From: Balanoglossus misakiensis
Taxonomy: Eukaryota; Animalia; Hemichordata
Length of the DNA: 64,000 bases
Direction of reading: 5' to 3'
Assembly (NCBI GenBank): GCA_040954595.2
Contig: CM082578.2
Coordinates: 15,980,998 to 16,044,997, forward strand
Shown here: in pieces, positions 14,801-27,415 of the stretch
Layout: each line of letters starts with the position of its first letter
How positions within the stretch are numbered: the first letter of the stretch is position 1
The notes under the pieces: model-generated
Seen by the model: only the letters and a program-made list of their open reading frames with translations
The model's database searches: none
What the model was told of the DNA's origin: nothing
Program-made: the position numbers and the translations under genes

Positions 14801-17460
14801 AAAGTCAAATAATAACCGGGTGCCACACCTGTTTATTCAGCCTCGCTTTGTAAGAGAGAGCACAACTGTCATGCACACATGCATATTAGAATCTTTATAA
14901 ATTCAAAATGATGTTGTCCATCAGTCAAGATTAAGGAGAAAAGTATTTTGATTAAAATGTGTTGAAAGTAACAGCTCATGGTACTTGAAAATGTAGCCGA
15001 TGCTTTTCTACATGTATGTAGGCATTTTTATCTCATGATTATTCATGTGCATATATGCATTGGTGTCATTAGCCCCTACAGTCAAAGAATTTTTTTTTTT
15101 CATTGCTGCTACGTGCGCTATGTTTGATCACAGGTAATTACTGTAAGATGATGTGTTGCCTATCTAAATTTACCAGTTAAATGAGCGTTTGGATTTAGAA
15201 AGGTCACCAATTATTGGGCTATACATAGGCTGCGACCATAAATGACACATTGTGATAGTGTAGGTGGAAATTTGAGCAGTATAGCACATGGTGTTACAGT
15301 GAGCGCTGTCTGTCCGATTGATACACCCAATCGCTTCAGATAAGAGTTCCATCACATCGTCTTTAGGTGGGGCTTTTATTCTGGTGTCAAAGTTTCTCTG
15401 TTCATTTTACCAATTAAGACTTACTTGTGCTAAATAAAAAACCTGGCAATATTATTCATGCAAATGTGAAGCAAAGACATATATCACTAGTGGAAGTCAA
15501 AATGAACCCTGCATGGATATCCAACTCTTAGAATTGATGATAGATATTAATATTATTCAATCGATCATATTTATTCTTATTTACATTTATATAATCATAA
15601 ATTTCTTTTAGACTAATTAAGCGTGATAGTTTCATTACTGCTTCAAAGGCAGATGGCCGTACTGTAGAGTATTTATAGAATCGTAACTATATAATGTTTC
15701 ATATACTTTAGGAAGTTTTACATCAAGCTTTTGTACATCATAAAGATCTTATTGAGGATTTATCTATGCTGTCTGGAGGAGCGATTTGAAAAATCCCAGT
15801 TAGGGTTTTCCTATCTTGATCTGATTCATTCTCACATGAAGTCCGTATCAGATTTAAACTATTAAGTGAATATGGATGTGGTTCTGGTGGACGCCATTTC
15901 CTTAAAATGCATGTTGCGGATTCAAACTGTTTTTTAAAAAAAGTGTCTTTTATGTACCGGTACGTGCGGGGTGACCCCACTTGCCTTTGCGGAATCATTG
16001 GTTGGATCTGATGCAGACTTGTGGGTGTTCCTAGACACTACATCCCAAGATTGTGTTGATTGAAGGGAAATGACTGTTGAGGAGACATATTGATCTGCAT
16101 GCAAGCAGCAAGCATAAAGTTTGCCTCACATTGTCCAGATAGGCATGAGTCTGCGTGATTCAAATGTTGAGAAATGTGGTATTGTACCAGACATGAAATG
16201 ATTTAAATTTCTCAGGAGACGGCTGATAAGGTGAATTTTCAAAATCAATGAAAAAGCAACTTTTGTTCACTTTTGGCCTTGGTTACAGTACATCTCAATA
16301 AAAGTGGTGACAAGTGTACTTGTTTCAGAAATGCAAAAGTGGTTTTCTGTCAATATCACGGGAGCTGGTGGGTTTGGTTTTAGTGGAAACTAAATGAACC
16401 AAATAAAAACCCAAAATGAAAAGTGCAGAGCACGCTTTCTGTGTATGCCATAGATACATGTAGCAGTCACTAACACCTTCTGGTATTGGCCGAAGATTAT
16501 AGTTTCATTTCACAGCAGGAAGTGCAGACTCTTGACTGTCAAGTGACTGTGTCCCAGAACGGCGTCTTGCTGAAGTACCGCTTTTGAAGCAATGAAATTG
16601 AGATGTCGGGTTGGGATGAAGTTGTCCCTAGTGTAGGTGTCTAAGCATCGGCAGCAAGTCTGTGGAAGAGACAGAAAAGTTGGTTGAACTGAAACATAAT
16701 CTGGTTGTGTCGATTGGTTTAGGCTTTTATGATGTTACCATTTACCTGTGTCACTAGTTTCTTTTCTAAAGTCATGAAGTCAGAGATGTATCTATTTCCT
16801 ACAACATATATTTTTCTGCTTGTTTACTTTAGCTAAGTTTTCTATGGTCCCATTTGAAGAGCTGAGCACTCCCTGTGGAGTTACACAAAGGAATGGAAAA
16901 AGCCAACATAGTTTCGTTTGCTACTTGGTTGAATATTTAACCAAATTAAAATTATTACAACCACCTCCTGGTCATATTTACAGGGAAAGAAGGATGTACA
17001 TCTTTATTATATCCTGAATGATTCTTATTGATGGAGGAATGCATTCATATGTTGCAGAAAATAACATTCGGGGATCACAAATACTAGATCATACTTGACC
17101 AATTGCTCCATCTCAAAGGTCGTGACAATCGGAACGGTGTTGTGTGTGTGGTCACTCACTCCAGTGCTCCTTAAAGAATTCAGTCTTTGTAAAGGTGCAG
17201 CCGTAAGACGTAAATTGGCCTTAAGATGAAGATTTGGATCGTATTAAGTAAAGATCTTCTATATAACACTTAAGATTCACTTGAAAATCTGCTTCAGTGA
17301 CTTTTTTTCTGATTACTTCCCCTCTCTGCACGCATTGTTTCCTTGAAATACAGAATCCAATTGCAGCTAGCTTCCACCTGTTATAACGTCCTGTATTTGC
17401 AATCATTTAGAGTTGAGTGGAATGTAGTCTTGTAGTTCTGACCATGTATCGTCTCTGGTG

Positions 17461-17588
17461 ATCATTCATTCATTCATTTGTTAACTTGTTCATTCTTTCA
17501 TTCATTCATTCATTTGTTTATTTGTTCGTTCGTTCGTTCCTTCGTTCGTTCGTTCATTCATTCATTCATTCATTCTTTCATTCTTTCA
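17461..17588. repeat. Compound (TTCA)n/(TTCG)n tetranucleotide microsatellite
   Basis: Directly visible; explains low-complexity ORF 17486..17698. Confidence 0.9.
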
Positions 17589-20500
17589 ACAAAGTTAACA
17601 TAGAAGCAAACAAACAAATGAGCTTGCCAGCTATAAAGCAAGAAGTTTTCTTGTGTGATAGTTGGTCTGATGGTTGGTCACTTGTCTGGTTTGGATGATC
17701 AAGTCTGCTTTTAGTCTGTAAAGCAGTTGACCTCATAATATGTTATATAGTGATTGGTTGCTAGGGTTGTTAGAATGGTCTGGTGGAATAGCCTGTAGCA
17801 TGGTTGATCAGTTTTAGGACAGTTACATGTATACCCCCTGGATATTTCTCCCTCAACCTCATCCCTAACGTACCCTATGCAGCCAGCTGGTAAATGTCCG
17901 GTGCGGGTTAAACTGTCCTGATAGTGGTTGATTTGAGTCTGCTGCATGAGTGCGGTCCATGTTTGTAGCATGGTCGCAGCAGTCTGTAGCACAGTCATTA
18001 TGACAGCCTTACTGTTTACGTATATACAAACACACTGTTCAAGCCTAATACCATTATACTCACAAATCTGAAATCTGATCACTTGTGCATTTCAGAGTAC
18101 ACTTTCAATTATGTTCACTGGCAGTTAAAAGGCTGTTACGAAAAGTCCTGAAATTCTACACAGGGGTTTTTGCACTTTTCAAGGAATTCAGGGGCAATTG
18201 CAGAGAGTTATGACTTGCAGTGGAGAAAAGTATCACACACAGCTGTTTGGATAACCTCACATCAGTGATGCAGAAAATAGTTGTTGATTAATTTATGGAT
18301 GAAGTTGGCTGAGACATACATGGAGGGGTTGATATGATGTAGAAGCCATCATGATGAAAAGTAGAGTGCAGGTTGCCCTTACAAAGATCCCATTGTTCAC
18401 TTATACACTTAATCCTTGCTGGTAAGGTCATTTCAATCCCACTGGTGTATAAGAGAAACAATTAACTTTAAATAGAACTTGCAGATAACTATCCCTGTAA
18501 ATTGTTTTTCAAGTAATCTTGACTAGGTTCAACCTTGTTTCCTTTGTGGACACATTTGCCCGCCATAGTACAAAGATTTGCTTGTACGCTGTTTTTTATA
18601 GCCCAATTAATGCAGTTAAAGGTGTTTGTGTTGAAAACTTTTTTCAAGTTTCTCTTTCTGGTGAGTGAATTGCTTTGAAGTGTCAAATTTTAGGCTGCCA
18701 CACTCTTGAGAAAAGTGTAGAGGCATGTGATATATCGGCCTCTTGGAAACCATGTGTCTACTATATTGTAGGTATCCCAGACATAAAGGATTTTCCAGTC
18801 TTCATTCGCTGTTTTAACTTCTGGAGGACAAAAACAAAACAGAAGAAAATCTTGTATTGAAAAGAAACAGCTTGTGTTTGTGAGTGAGCATCAATGCTAT
18901 TATACTTAAACCATATGCACCATCTCTTTGAAGATACTTTTAAATCCCCTGTTATATTGGACCTCCCACTACGCTGCAACTAATAGACTAATCCGTCTAA
19001 GCCGATCTTCTGGAAAATATCAGAAATATGTGAGTTATTTTGCGCTATTGGTCGCTGTTACGGCAGTAATAATGCGACAACAATGCTGTTTTATTGGTGG
19101 ATGCAGTGATTACTGTAGAGGACAGGTGGTGCTTGATGTCCCGATAAGAAAATGAGACATCGTTGCAGCTTGCTTGCTGTCTTCCCTTTTGTGTGTCTAT
19201 TAGTGCTGCCATGGTGATATGAAGTAATTGCATTGGCAAGAGCTTCTCTATTGCATTGTATCATAAAACATTTAGGCTTATAAAATATCGACTACATACA
19301 TGAAATCACAAACCAATACAAATAACTTTATAGAGAAAATTCAAATGCTTGCCAAAGAAACAAAAATGTCATTTTGAGTTCTCGTACGGCAAGCAGTTCA
19401 TCACCCTTCGTAAACTAGGCCACTGACCCAGGCAGGGCAGAGGAAAATAATCAGTGTTTCTGCTGGCAAGTAATCACAATGTTTATGCGGAAATTCTTTG
19501 ATAAACTGCGAAATATGGTGGTGGTAGGATAATTACTTATCTAGGGAAGTAACAAGCATCTGTTAGTTTGCATGTTGGATCCCTTTAAGTACCTCATTCT
19601 GGTATTGACCTTATCAGGTTTCCAAATGTTGAAATGTTGCATAGCAACCAATTTCTCCTCAGAAAACTGCAGAGGAGCTGAAATCTTTCATCCTGCTCCC
19701 ATAATGCACATGGGTGTTTCGTGCACTTCTCTTGCACATAAAAAATGACCTTGTCAAAAATCCAAGGAGACCTTTTTTCCAAAAATCTCAAAGACCCCTT
19801 ACTACTTTGATTCAACTGTTTGGAGGGCATTAAAATCCCAGACATGTCATCAAGACTCAAATGTAATGGACAGTCTCTGTATTTTGAACAACAACCTCTT
19901 GTCTGTCTAAACCTTGCCCCTGGGTTTTCAAGTGAGCTACAGACCCAGGAATGACATCCACGTACATACAGCCAGTCTCGTTTGACACAATGCACCTGCA
20001 CAAGGACTTTTTTCAGAGATTGTAAAAGGCTGCTCAGTACAAAAAAAATGTGTGACAGGCTGATAGGTGACGTCTTCTGTGGAGAAACCTCTAGACAAAA
20101 CAAGTCTGTCATAATGAATTTTTGTGTACCCGAGGCAGGCATTCTTGTGAATTAAATATCATGGTGGAAAGAAGAGCAATGTTTGTCTGCTGTAGGTAAT
20201 GTGTGGAATCCCACAAGTGTTATTGCTGTAGTTTGTCTCATCCACCTTTGAGATGGAGTTGTTCCCTGTGGAGTCGCTGTTTTATAGTTTCTTCCTACAC
20301 ACCATAAAGAAATGATTTACAGTCGCCATTACAATAGAAAGCCACCAAGAAGCTGCTTTTCTGTTCTACTGCCCATGAGAGAAGAGTCTCTTTATAAAGT
20401 GATTAGTGTCAGGTCATGATGTAAATGATGAGAATGAATCTTATTCAAACAAATGAAAGTTTAAATAGCCTTCTCATCTAAAATGCAAGTACAATTAATG

Positions 20501-21000
20501 TCTCCAAGTATTGTGATAGTTGCTTTCTGTATCCCCATGACAAGAGCTACTTGTCTCCATGGATACATGTACAGAATCTAGCCACCATATTGCAGATGAC
20601 TGCCTCAGTAGGAACCATAACGATCTGAAGTACACAACGCAGTTTAAGAATTCACAAGAAATAATAGAAAGATGCCACCCTGTCAGTGTGTGGGCACACT
20701 CAGGGAAAGACATCATTGTGTTGCCAGCCGATTATAGCTCCTTTACCCTGGACCTGCTTTGTGTTTAGGGTCTGTGTTATGCAACCAAAATACAGCCTTC
20801 CTGCACCTTGTTCCAAATTAGGCCTCTTTGACAGTAGTTGAGGTAACCTCAATAGAATTAGTATCATTCTCTTTCATCGACACTATTGAAGGCTTTGCAT
20901 TCGACTCACTCAGTTACCTAATCTGCACAACTGTCTATTCAGTGTTTTGCATTGAGTTGCAAAATTTCCTATTAACTGTCTGCAGTTACATCAGACTGTG

Positions 21001-21231
21001 TTAAAGTTATCTAACAGCGCTGGAAATAGTTTGGTTTTATTTGCAGTCAACACAAAGATGTACAAGGGGAACACAATAACACATGGTTGTCCCAAATTCA
21101 ACTGAATCAAATTTGAAAATTAAAATGGCCGCCAAGCTCTATGGAGACAAAATTAGTTATTTTCATGAAACAATTTGGTGAACACCATGGTTTTTTTCTT
21201 TGATTTCAAAAAGACTGCTCACGCACTTTAA
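21001..21231. mobile_element. Possible degenerate TTAA-flanked non-autonomous DNA element (Kolobok-like)
   Basis: ttaaagt...actttaa termini with weak further complementarity; internal aaaatggccgcc. Confidence 0.3.
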
Positions 21232-23680
21232 TATAACAAAGAATTGAAAGGTTTGTTAGGACCGTAATTTTTCTGAAAATCTGTCTCTGACGTGAGCAGT
21301 TAAATCGTGCTCCATGATGAACAGAAAGAGGAAGGTTTTATCAACCTGGCCAACAGTATTCATTCTTCCCCAAAAGACTATTCAGAAGTATTTCCATAAA
21401 CACCCTGGGCATTTAAAGGTTGCTGCATGACAGAATAGAGGAGATATCTATTCCTGGCTATTAATTGATAAATTGGTTTGTAAATAGCCATCATATCTTG
21501 CATCAGGTGTGCAGGGTTGGGTTCTATTGGCCGGGTAATGGATTCAACTTGGACCAAGGCAACTTGTGGGTCATAACCCTTTAAGTACATTTCAGTTGCT
21601 ATTGTCATTTCACTATAAAGATAAGATAAGATTAAAGATAGTACATATATTGAAATAAAGTTGTCTGGCCCTAATTGGTCTGTGAGGAACACTGCCATTG
21701 TATCTGCATTTCACGTGATATGATAGGCTTTCTGTCTGTATAATACAGACGTTATACTTCTAAATTCAGAAATGATTCTTGTACAGACATGTGCGTAACA
21801 CTTTCTCCTAATGTTTGTTCTGTGTTAAAATTGAATCTAACATACCCTGTGTAAGTTCAAGTAAATTCTGCACCACTTTGAGTTGCATGTGGTGTAAGTT
21901 AAAATTGGTGAACTATGAGATGATTGACCCACACTATGTGTTTGCTCTGATCCATCAGTGACTATCTGTTTTGCACATGACATTTTCATGTGTTTGCCCC
22001 TGAATCTGATGTTGACATCAAAGGAATGCTTCTGGATGGCCCTGTTGGCTTCACTGACTGAGAACATAACACTTGAGGAGAGATAAGAATTATTGTCTTT
22101 TGTCTGTGAAGCATAAACCATCACGTGGTGCTTGTAAGACAGCCATCAAATATTCCAGTCTCACATTTATTGGTGTCTTACAAATGCTACAAGGCCAAGT
22201 TCAATGAACTTGCACATTCTGGTATTTTTATAGTGTGACCATGGCAGCCTGAGAACGTCAAGCTTGTACTTGTATCCTGTTGTATTCAATGATAACCTTA
22301 AGAAGTACCTGAAAAAAGACCTGAGCACACATCAGTTATATGTGCTGTCCAAAATGGGTTGTATTAGTATAATCATACAGTTCATGAGATATAATCTGAT
22401 TTGAATTTTCTTCTCCTGTCTGTGATGGGTAGACTTGAGCAGAAATATTGGAAAGTGCATAAGAGTTCGTTGGCCTGACCTTGTGAATGAACTGTGGTTT
22501 TGTGGTTGTGAAGTCTTTACTCTTATGCGTTCCCTGCCCAAGAGCCTGGCATCCATGCATTTCTGACCATGTGAAACCAGAAGCAGGGGGTTTGGCAGAA
22601 TCAGAATTGCTGGTGTTTTATTCTAGGCTATCCTGCTATGGAAAAACCAAGTGTAATATGAACTTGTTTATGAATCTGTCAAGAAGAAGATGAATGGAGA
22701 AGTCAAGGTGCCTACAAGGTTTCCGGAGAATTGTGGCCCCAGATCTCCATAAATGTCACTCAGATTTTATCTCAGACGTATTGTTGTCCGGTTATATTAC
22801 TTCACCATTTTTGAATTTTATAGTCATTAAAAACCACAGTATGAATGAAACGGAATTCCGTTCATGGCACGCTGTGTGACTTATCTGCATGTGTATGTGC
22901 TTGCCCCAGTGAGTTTGCGACACACATGAGTGATCCAGATACATTAGTGCTGATTTGATAAGGTAACACAACTGACATGGTGCTGTTGTTTCAGACAATA
23001 TGACCATTTGAGAAACTCTCGGTTGAGTTGCAGTGATAAGCCTTGGGCTACTATTGAGTCGGTTTGTTCAACAAGCTGTAGCAACACACCTCCAGTGATA
23101 AGCATTAAGAGGGAAACCGTGCTGATTACAAGCGGCCGAAGTAGGATAACATTTCAACAGGTGGTTTCTGTTGAGGTGTAAACAGAAAATTTGAGGAGCA
23201 AGTCAACCCTTGCCTTGGGAACCAGCTTCCTGTGGACTGGCGTTGAGGGGTCAGCGTTGTCGTGGATACATGCATCTCACACGTAGTTGGTTGTTCACTC
23301 AACCATATGTACATTATAAACTTTCATGAACACTGCTGGCAATTATACCAACTTCCTGTCTTGTGTGTTTGACTCATGTTGTGGCTTGCGGAATGTTATT
23401 AATCCACTACTAGGTTGTGAATCTCAGCAGTAATATCTCTAGATGTGATCAACTTGGTGTCAGATGGCATCTATTTATGTCCGGTGGACTTGATATTAAC
23501 TTCCATATCATTGAAAAAATGATAAAATAAAACCCAGTGTGATTAATTTTGTAGACAGCAAGGAAATATAGCGGATAAGTTGAAAGACCCAATACAATAT
23601 GTATATCTGTAACTTCTGGCGATTTTGTTTCAGTACATGTGTTTGTCAACAATAACAGTGATCGTACACATACACGTCAT

Positions 23681-23826
23681 GACTTGTTGACAAGCAGAAA
23701 ACCGGGCGTATCTAAGGGATACAAACACACGACTTGTTGACGAGAGAAAAAAACAAGGTGTGTTGGGAATTACAAACATATGGCTTCTTGACAAGCAAAC
23801 AACTTGGGCGTGTCAGGAAACTACAG
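23681..23826 (+). repeat. Three degenerate ~50-bp tandem units; a related single unit at about 6201-6235
   Basis: gacttgttgacaagcagaaaacc (23681), gacttgttgacgagagaaaaaaac (23731), ggcttcttgacaagcaaacaac (23782); tgacttgttgacaagcagaaaac identical at 6201. Confidence 0.8.
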
Positions 23827-26800
23827 GGAGGAGAACAAGAAAATGTAGGTGATACACAAAACAAAAAAATGGAAAAAAATAGTCTTACCGATAGTTGCTC
23901 TTTAAAGTTTCATAAAATGATAACTGGATATTTGCGATTATATTTTGAAGGTTTGTGTCTACATGCAAATATTGGCTTGTTATTACTGATGATTCAACCA
24001 TAGACAGTTTACTGCCTATGATTCAATGTATTCCTGTAACCAAAACAAAGCTTCCATCAGAGACATCGTAACATTATCAGATTATGGGCATACTCTGCAA
24101 GTCTGTTAACCAATAAGGAAATATAAACTATTTGTGGACTTCTCTATAAATAGCATTTTTATTGATAGATAATGTTTGCCAATTCACATGCTTTGTACAT
24201 GTAGTTCAAGTCCTTGTGTGTCACAGGTTGTAGTCAAAGAACATGCGTACATTAAGTAGATTTGCTTTTTTATGAAATTGACAAAAAATCATAAAAGAAG
24301 TCACTTTTCAAACTACCGTACTTTATAATACCATTATTGATGAAAAGTACATCACTTTCTTCAGAAGCATTTATACTCTAACCCTCATTTAGCATTCTCG
24401 GCGGCCCTCAGGGATTAACCACTAGAGACACAACATCATTTATGATGCTATTTTTAATTGGTTGACACTTGTTTTGGAATCACTGTGGACATACTGGACA
24501 TACGCGAGATCTCGTTTGGTCTCATGGAGTTCAGAAAATGGTCCATTAGAGCCTGACTGTGGAAGCAGAAGAGTCAATGACATGTCTTTGATGAAGAAGT
24601 CACATGTATATATTTGTACATTATACAGGATGTGCGTACAGCAGGATGTGGTCATAACTGTCCAGTGGTCGTAACTGTCCAGTCAGTAGTTCAACAATGT
24701 AAACTGCCTGGTGAAGCACGAACAGAATATCATCTGACCTGGTTCTTGTGGTTGCCCTGGTGAGCCACGCGATAACTTACAGACGATGGTCGATCTGATA
24801 CAGGGGATGAGCCAGGAACAGATAAACGAATAAATCCATCAAAATTTAACAGAGGAAACAGAGGAATAAACTCAAATTTCCTGTGTTCTAAAGAATGCAC
24901 ATCTACTGGGCCACCAAAGCAGACTCTTTTCGGAGAATGTTTATATATGCTGTAAATTTGTATGCTCCATCACATTGAAGTGATAGAAAACATCAATGGT
25001 GTTCACATTTGGCAGTTTGTGTCATCCCTATGTGGGTGTATGTTTTAGGTCCGCCCCAAATAATCAATATGGACATGCTAATTGTCAAATCAGAGTTGGC
25101 GTGGTTTGATGTGGGTAGGAAGGGATTTAGCAGACAGCTGCACTTACATGTTAATGCCGCTTTAGTTTTGGCTGTTTAGCATTGTACTGCAGCCTACGAA
25201 AAGAACCTAAAATAGCCAAAATAATGTCAAGAGTTATTGACTATTGTCCCTTTAATGGTTAATAGCAGAATGTGAGACAGCCGTAGTATTCTCATCAGCA
25301 TAACTCAGTTCCATCAACCAGTGTTGATTTCCCTGCTACTTTTCCAACCCCCAAGGCAAAGAATTTCCCGGCTTTTCCTGACAACAAAAACGCCTCAGAG
25401 GTGCACAAGCATTGAGTAAACCCAAACAAAGTAGCAGTGATTGCTTTGGAGAGAGAGAGAGAAAAACGAGAGGAGTGGTTTGATTTGTGTTGTGTGACCT
25501 GGTCAGACTGCAAATACGCTGTTATAGCACTTTGCACTGCTTTATTTCATTGCTTGACCGCTGTGTTCATTCATCACTAGAACACTTTGGCTCGACAGAA
25601 GGGACCACCTGACGCCGGTCGGTGCTGGACGGCTCTGTCCAGCACTCAGAACAAGTGTGTGGTAGTCAAGTTCTGTGCAGGTTTCGCCCTGAAGTCAGTC
25701 ATGAACGGTGTAATTGTTTTAAACGTTGTAATCTAACCCGAACAACACTGGCATGGTCTTCTATTCACAATCAATCAATATTGCATTTCTGTGATTTAGC
25801 TTAAATTTGTTTGTTACGTATTGTGTACCTGGACAAGGTATTTGTAAGAAATGATTCAGTTGTTTGTTTTGCAATTGAAAATATCCTTGCGCTAAACTTA
25901 TTTAAACATTTGCAATATTTATGGGAGCATTAAAGAGATCACTATTTTATTATTCTATTATTTGATTAATGGTAATATGGCTATAGAGTTGGGTGTTACG
26001 ATGCTGACCCTCAGGCATTAGCTTAGATGTATGACTCTTAGTAAGTATGCATCTGTCATTGGTCAATCCACAGTCACTTGTTTCCTAGGTAGCCATGTGG
26101 GGGCCAGCCCGCATAGAAGGAAGTCATGAAACAGTATAGCCAAGCCTTGGCGCGACTGCCCCCAAAAACGAGTAACTGTGGATCAATCCTACTGATTCAT
26201 AACTTGGACTGTGCTCATGACACCTAGATGTTGAGATGACCTTTGAACTCACCAAGTTTCTTCAGTGTTCAGCTGCAGTGGAGTGGAATTGATTTGGAAT
26301 TGCCCCGAAGTCTTGGTCTAATTTGCAGTAATCAGAGCCCTAAAGATGTTGTCAAAACCTCCACAAATGTATTTGCAACTGAAAATAATCCCACTGTCAG
26401 TCTTAGCTTGCTTTTAAGATGAAGTTTCTCTCATAGAGGAGCAGCACCAGGGATACTCATTGTTTAATTCCTGGAGTTTTATAAAATCTTGAACAAAATA
26501 CAACATTAGAGAAATAATTATAAACTTTTTAGTTCTTTGAAATGTGCCACTCATTCTGCATTCAAGCAGGTAATAGCTGAGATGAGAGGAGCTGGATTGT
26601 AATGAGTGTTGCATTGCAAGAAATCTTTGGGATAATTCATCCATTCGATGAGGATTACTCACTTGATGCATTTGTGACAAATTAGCACTTGTCATAGTAT
26701 TGAAATACTGACAGTGCCAATGAAATGTTTGTTGGTTTTGGTCATCAGCCGTAATAGGATGGCAAATAGAGGGAGAGTAGGGCTTTGGAAAACAATGCTG

Positions 26801-27392
26801 TGATAATCATGGATGTACAATGTGCCTACTGGGATAACATTCTCCATAACAGCTTTGGTTTTATCCAACAATGAGTGCATTTTGTTTTGCTGTTAACTTG
26901 TTATATCAGACAGAGTAGAATTAGTGATGGTTCTTGGTGTGGAAAAAAAGCAGTTGTCTTTGGTCCTTCACACATAGCTGGGGAAAAAAATGGACCACAA
27001 TTGATGGAACGCTGTTCATTCAAAACTTTTTTGGAGAAATCAGTGAAGTGGGAGTAAACATTTGAAGAGGTATCATTCAAAAGAGTTTCTACACTTTTGT
27101 CTTTTATCTCTAGTCTAGAGAAAAACTTTAGAGTGAATCTTCTCACCACTTTCATTAGTCAAAAGTGTCAACTTTTTAAGTTGCAGCTAAGGATGGAAGG
27201 CGATCGACATGTCAAGCTCTTCTCATGAGATGATTAGTTGGGTGTAATTTTGAAATCCAACTACGGAAATCTCTTAACAAGGGAACAATTGAGGAGATTC
27301 AGGTTCTGATACAATAACCAAACAAAACAAGTTTCGATGAAAGTGCAAGATGAGAATGTCTGTGTCTGTGTGTTGTTTTGAACATTTGGAAT

Positions 27393-27415
27393 GGGGGGGG
27401 GGGGGGGGGGGGGGG
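27393..27415 (+). repeat. Poly-G tract (G23)
   Basis: Direct count. Confidence 0.95.

Noticed and set aside
16820-17017. ORF containing PCGV and HIYR, reminiscent of ADAMTS prodomain motifs
   Set aside because: Motifs are in the wrong order, context does not match, and no good splice sites
17521-17532. tttgttcgttcg resembles the 5' end of miR-375
   Set aside because: It is part of the (TTCG)n microsatellite
19594-20142. Longest ORF in the track (182 aa, minus strand) as a nested gene
   Set aside because: No recognisable domain, composition typical of translated non-coding DNA, no supporting exon structure
23681-23826. Regularly spaced repeats as a CRISPR-like array
   Set aside because: Eukaryotic intron, units are degenerate along their whole length, no unique spacers and no cas genes
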